Assembly (NCBI RefSeq): GCF_006345805.1
Contig: NC_042998.1
Coordinates: 68,944,001 to 69,008,000 of the forward strand
Direction of reading: 5' to 3'
Source of the DNA: Octopus sinensis
Lineage: Eukaryota
Length of the DNA: 64,000 nt
Of the stretch, positions 62,226 through 64,000 are shown piece after piece. Positions within the stretch are counted from its first letter, which is position 1; each line of letters begins with the position of its first letter. The notes below the pieces were generated by a model, which was not told the origin of the DNA, did no database searches, and was given only the letters and a program-made list of their open reading frames with translations. The position numbers and the translations under genes are program-made.

Positions 62226-64000
62226 ATGATGTGGCTCTGATCATTTTCGGTAAGGCATAATCTATAACAGCATTTCTCAACCTTATCATTTCAGGTCCCC
62301 TGTTTCGATTGGAGCCTCCAGCTATATGAAAATTCCCTGATTCTCCCCCACCCTTGCCAGAAAACAGCTTCAGGAGTTGTGAAGAACGAATTTGTACATA
62401 GTCTGCTTCTGAGTGTTAATCTATTGGACCTCTGTCTAATCATTAAAACATTTATTTAATTATGAACATAGAAAGAAATTATACATTAATCCCTATTTTT
62501 GTGTGTGTGTGTGCACGTGCATTGTTATGCATATGTATGTGAGAGAGAAAGAGGGTGATAAAGAGAGAGTGAGTGAGTTAAGGTGTGTGTCATGATGATT
62601 AAGGTACTTGTACGTAGTCTGTTTCTGAGAGCTACTGTATTGGACCTCTGTCTAATCATTAAAACATTTATTTAATTATGAACATAGAAAAAAATTATAC
62701 ATTAATCACTATTTCTGTAAGCAGTTGTATCTTTAAAAATTTTATTTGCAAAGAGCAGAAATTGAAAGACAATATTTGAAATGGACGTGTGTGTGTGTAT
62801 GTGTGTGTTTGTGGGTGCATGCCTCTATGCTTGCGTGTGTGTATGTGAGAGAGAAAGAGGGTGATAAAGAAAGATAGAGTGAGTGAGTGAAGGTGTGTGT
62901 CATGATGATTGACGTCTTTTAAGGTAAACCCCACAAAGAGGTGAAAGAAGAGAGACAGCATAATGAGAAAGTTTTGGCTGGCTGTCATCCTGTACTCCCC
63001 TTGTTGCTAGCGAAATGATATATGCCTGCCGTGTGAGCAACTGGTTGTTTTAATGGCAGAACAAACAGGGGGAATTCCATTAGAAAAGTTTTAATCGATT
63101 TTCTCTGTAAATATGGGGACTAAGAAAAAAATACTAACCGCATTCCAATGTATGCACCCATCTCCACATATGTGCCATTTTTCACGCGCATCCACCCAGC
63201 CGTTTGGCTGTGAACTTCAAGACAAGAAAGAATACAACAATCGCCCATGTCCAATTTATATTATTGATATATATATATACATACACATACATATAACAGA
63301 CTTCCACACAGTTTTCTGTGTATCACATCCACTCACAAAACATAGGTTGGCCCAGTGCTATAGTCGAAGACACCAAAGCACCATTAAATGGGATTAAACT
63401 CAAACCAACCGTACAACCATGCCTGTGTCCTACACTAATTTTTCATTGAGTTTTAGTCAAGAACAGAACAAAGGTGAAATGGTGAAATTCAAACCAGTCA
63501 CAACCAATCTTTACTAACAGAGCAAAAGATTTCACTGGTTATTATTATTATTAGGTGCAAATGTGGATGTGTAGTAAGTTTATTTCCCAACCACATCGAT
63601 CTGGGTTCAGTCACATTGTGTGCCACCTTGGGCAAGTTTTTTCTATTATAACTTTGGGCCAATCAAAACTTTGTGAGAAGATTTGATAGACGAAAGCTGA
63701 AAGTATCCTGTTGTATGCATGTGTGTGTGTCCTACAACCACTTGAGCATCAGTGTTGGTGTGTTTACATCTCCATAACTTAGCAGTTCAGCAAAATAGAG
63801 TGATAGAATAAGTAAGGTGGTACCCCAGCACGACTGCAGTTTAATGACTGAAACAAGTAGAAGACGAAAGACATTATGTCCATGTGACTATCACATGCAC
63901 ATATAATGATACTTTTCAGTAAACTTTGCAGTAGACAAAGAAGAAATTTCTTACAAGCCATATTTATTTTAATGACAGAAGAATAACAAAAATTTCTTAT

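Overview
AT-rich, repeat-saturated eukaryotic DNA. The SINE, RTE-LINE and microsatellite landscape looks like a coleoid cephalopod (Octopus-type) genome; this is inference from pattern recognition, not a database match. No rRNA, CRISPR or prokaryotic operon is visible, and all long ORFs in the track are microsatellite or transposon artefacts. Host genes can only be read as small spliced exons. A plus-strand gene (about 29.06-51.47 kb) can be spliced into a ~109-aa two-transmembrane protein with weak TMEM141-like resemblance. A probable divergent minus-strand gene starts near 25.7 kb. The rest is at least four tRNA-derived or RTE-tailed SINE families, three RTE LINE fragments, mariner relics (including a duplicated two-left-end foldback derivative), and hAT, piggyBac, Harbinger, Tigger and Helitron-like non-autonomous elements. 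The most striking unannotated signal is eleven whole or partial type I hammerhead ribozyme motifs of the Penelope-like (PLE) minimal type, from several distinct sequence families. Most sit beside (TA)n tracts, and several carry a 5' inverted copy of their own 3' region. One family couples the ribozyme to a tRNA-type Pol III promoter, forming a SINE-like element with a built-in hammerhead. Repeat boundaries are approximate because they were read by eye.
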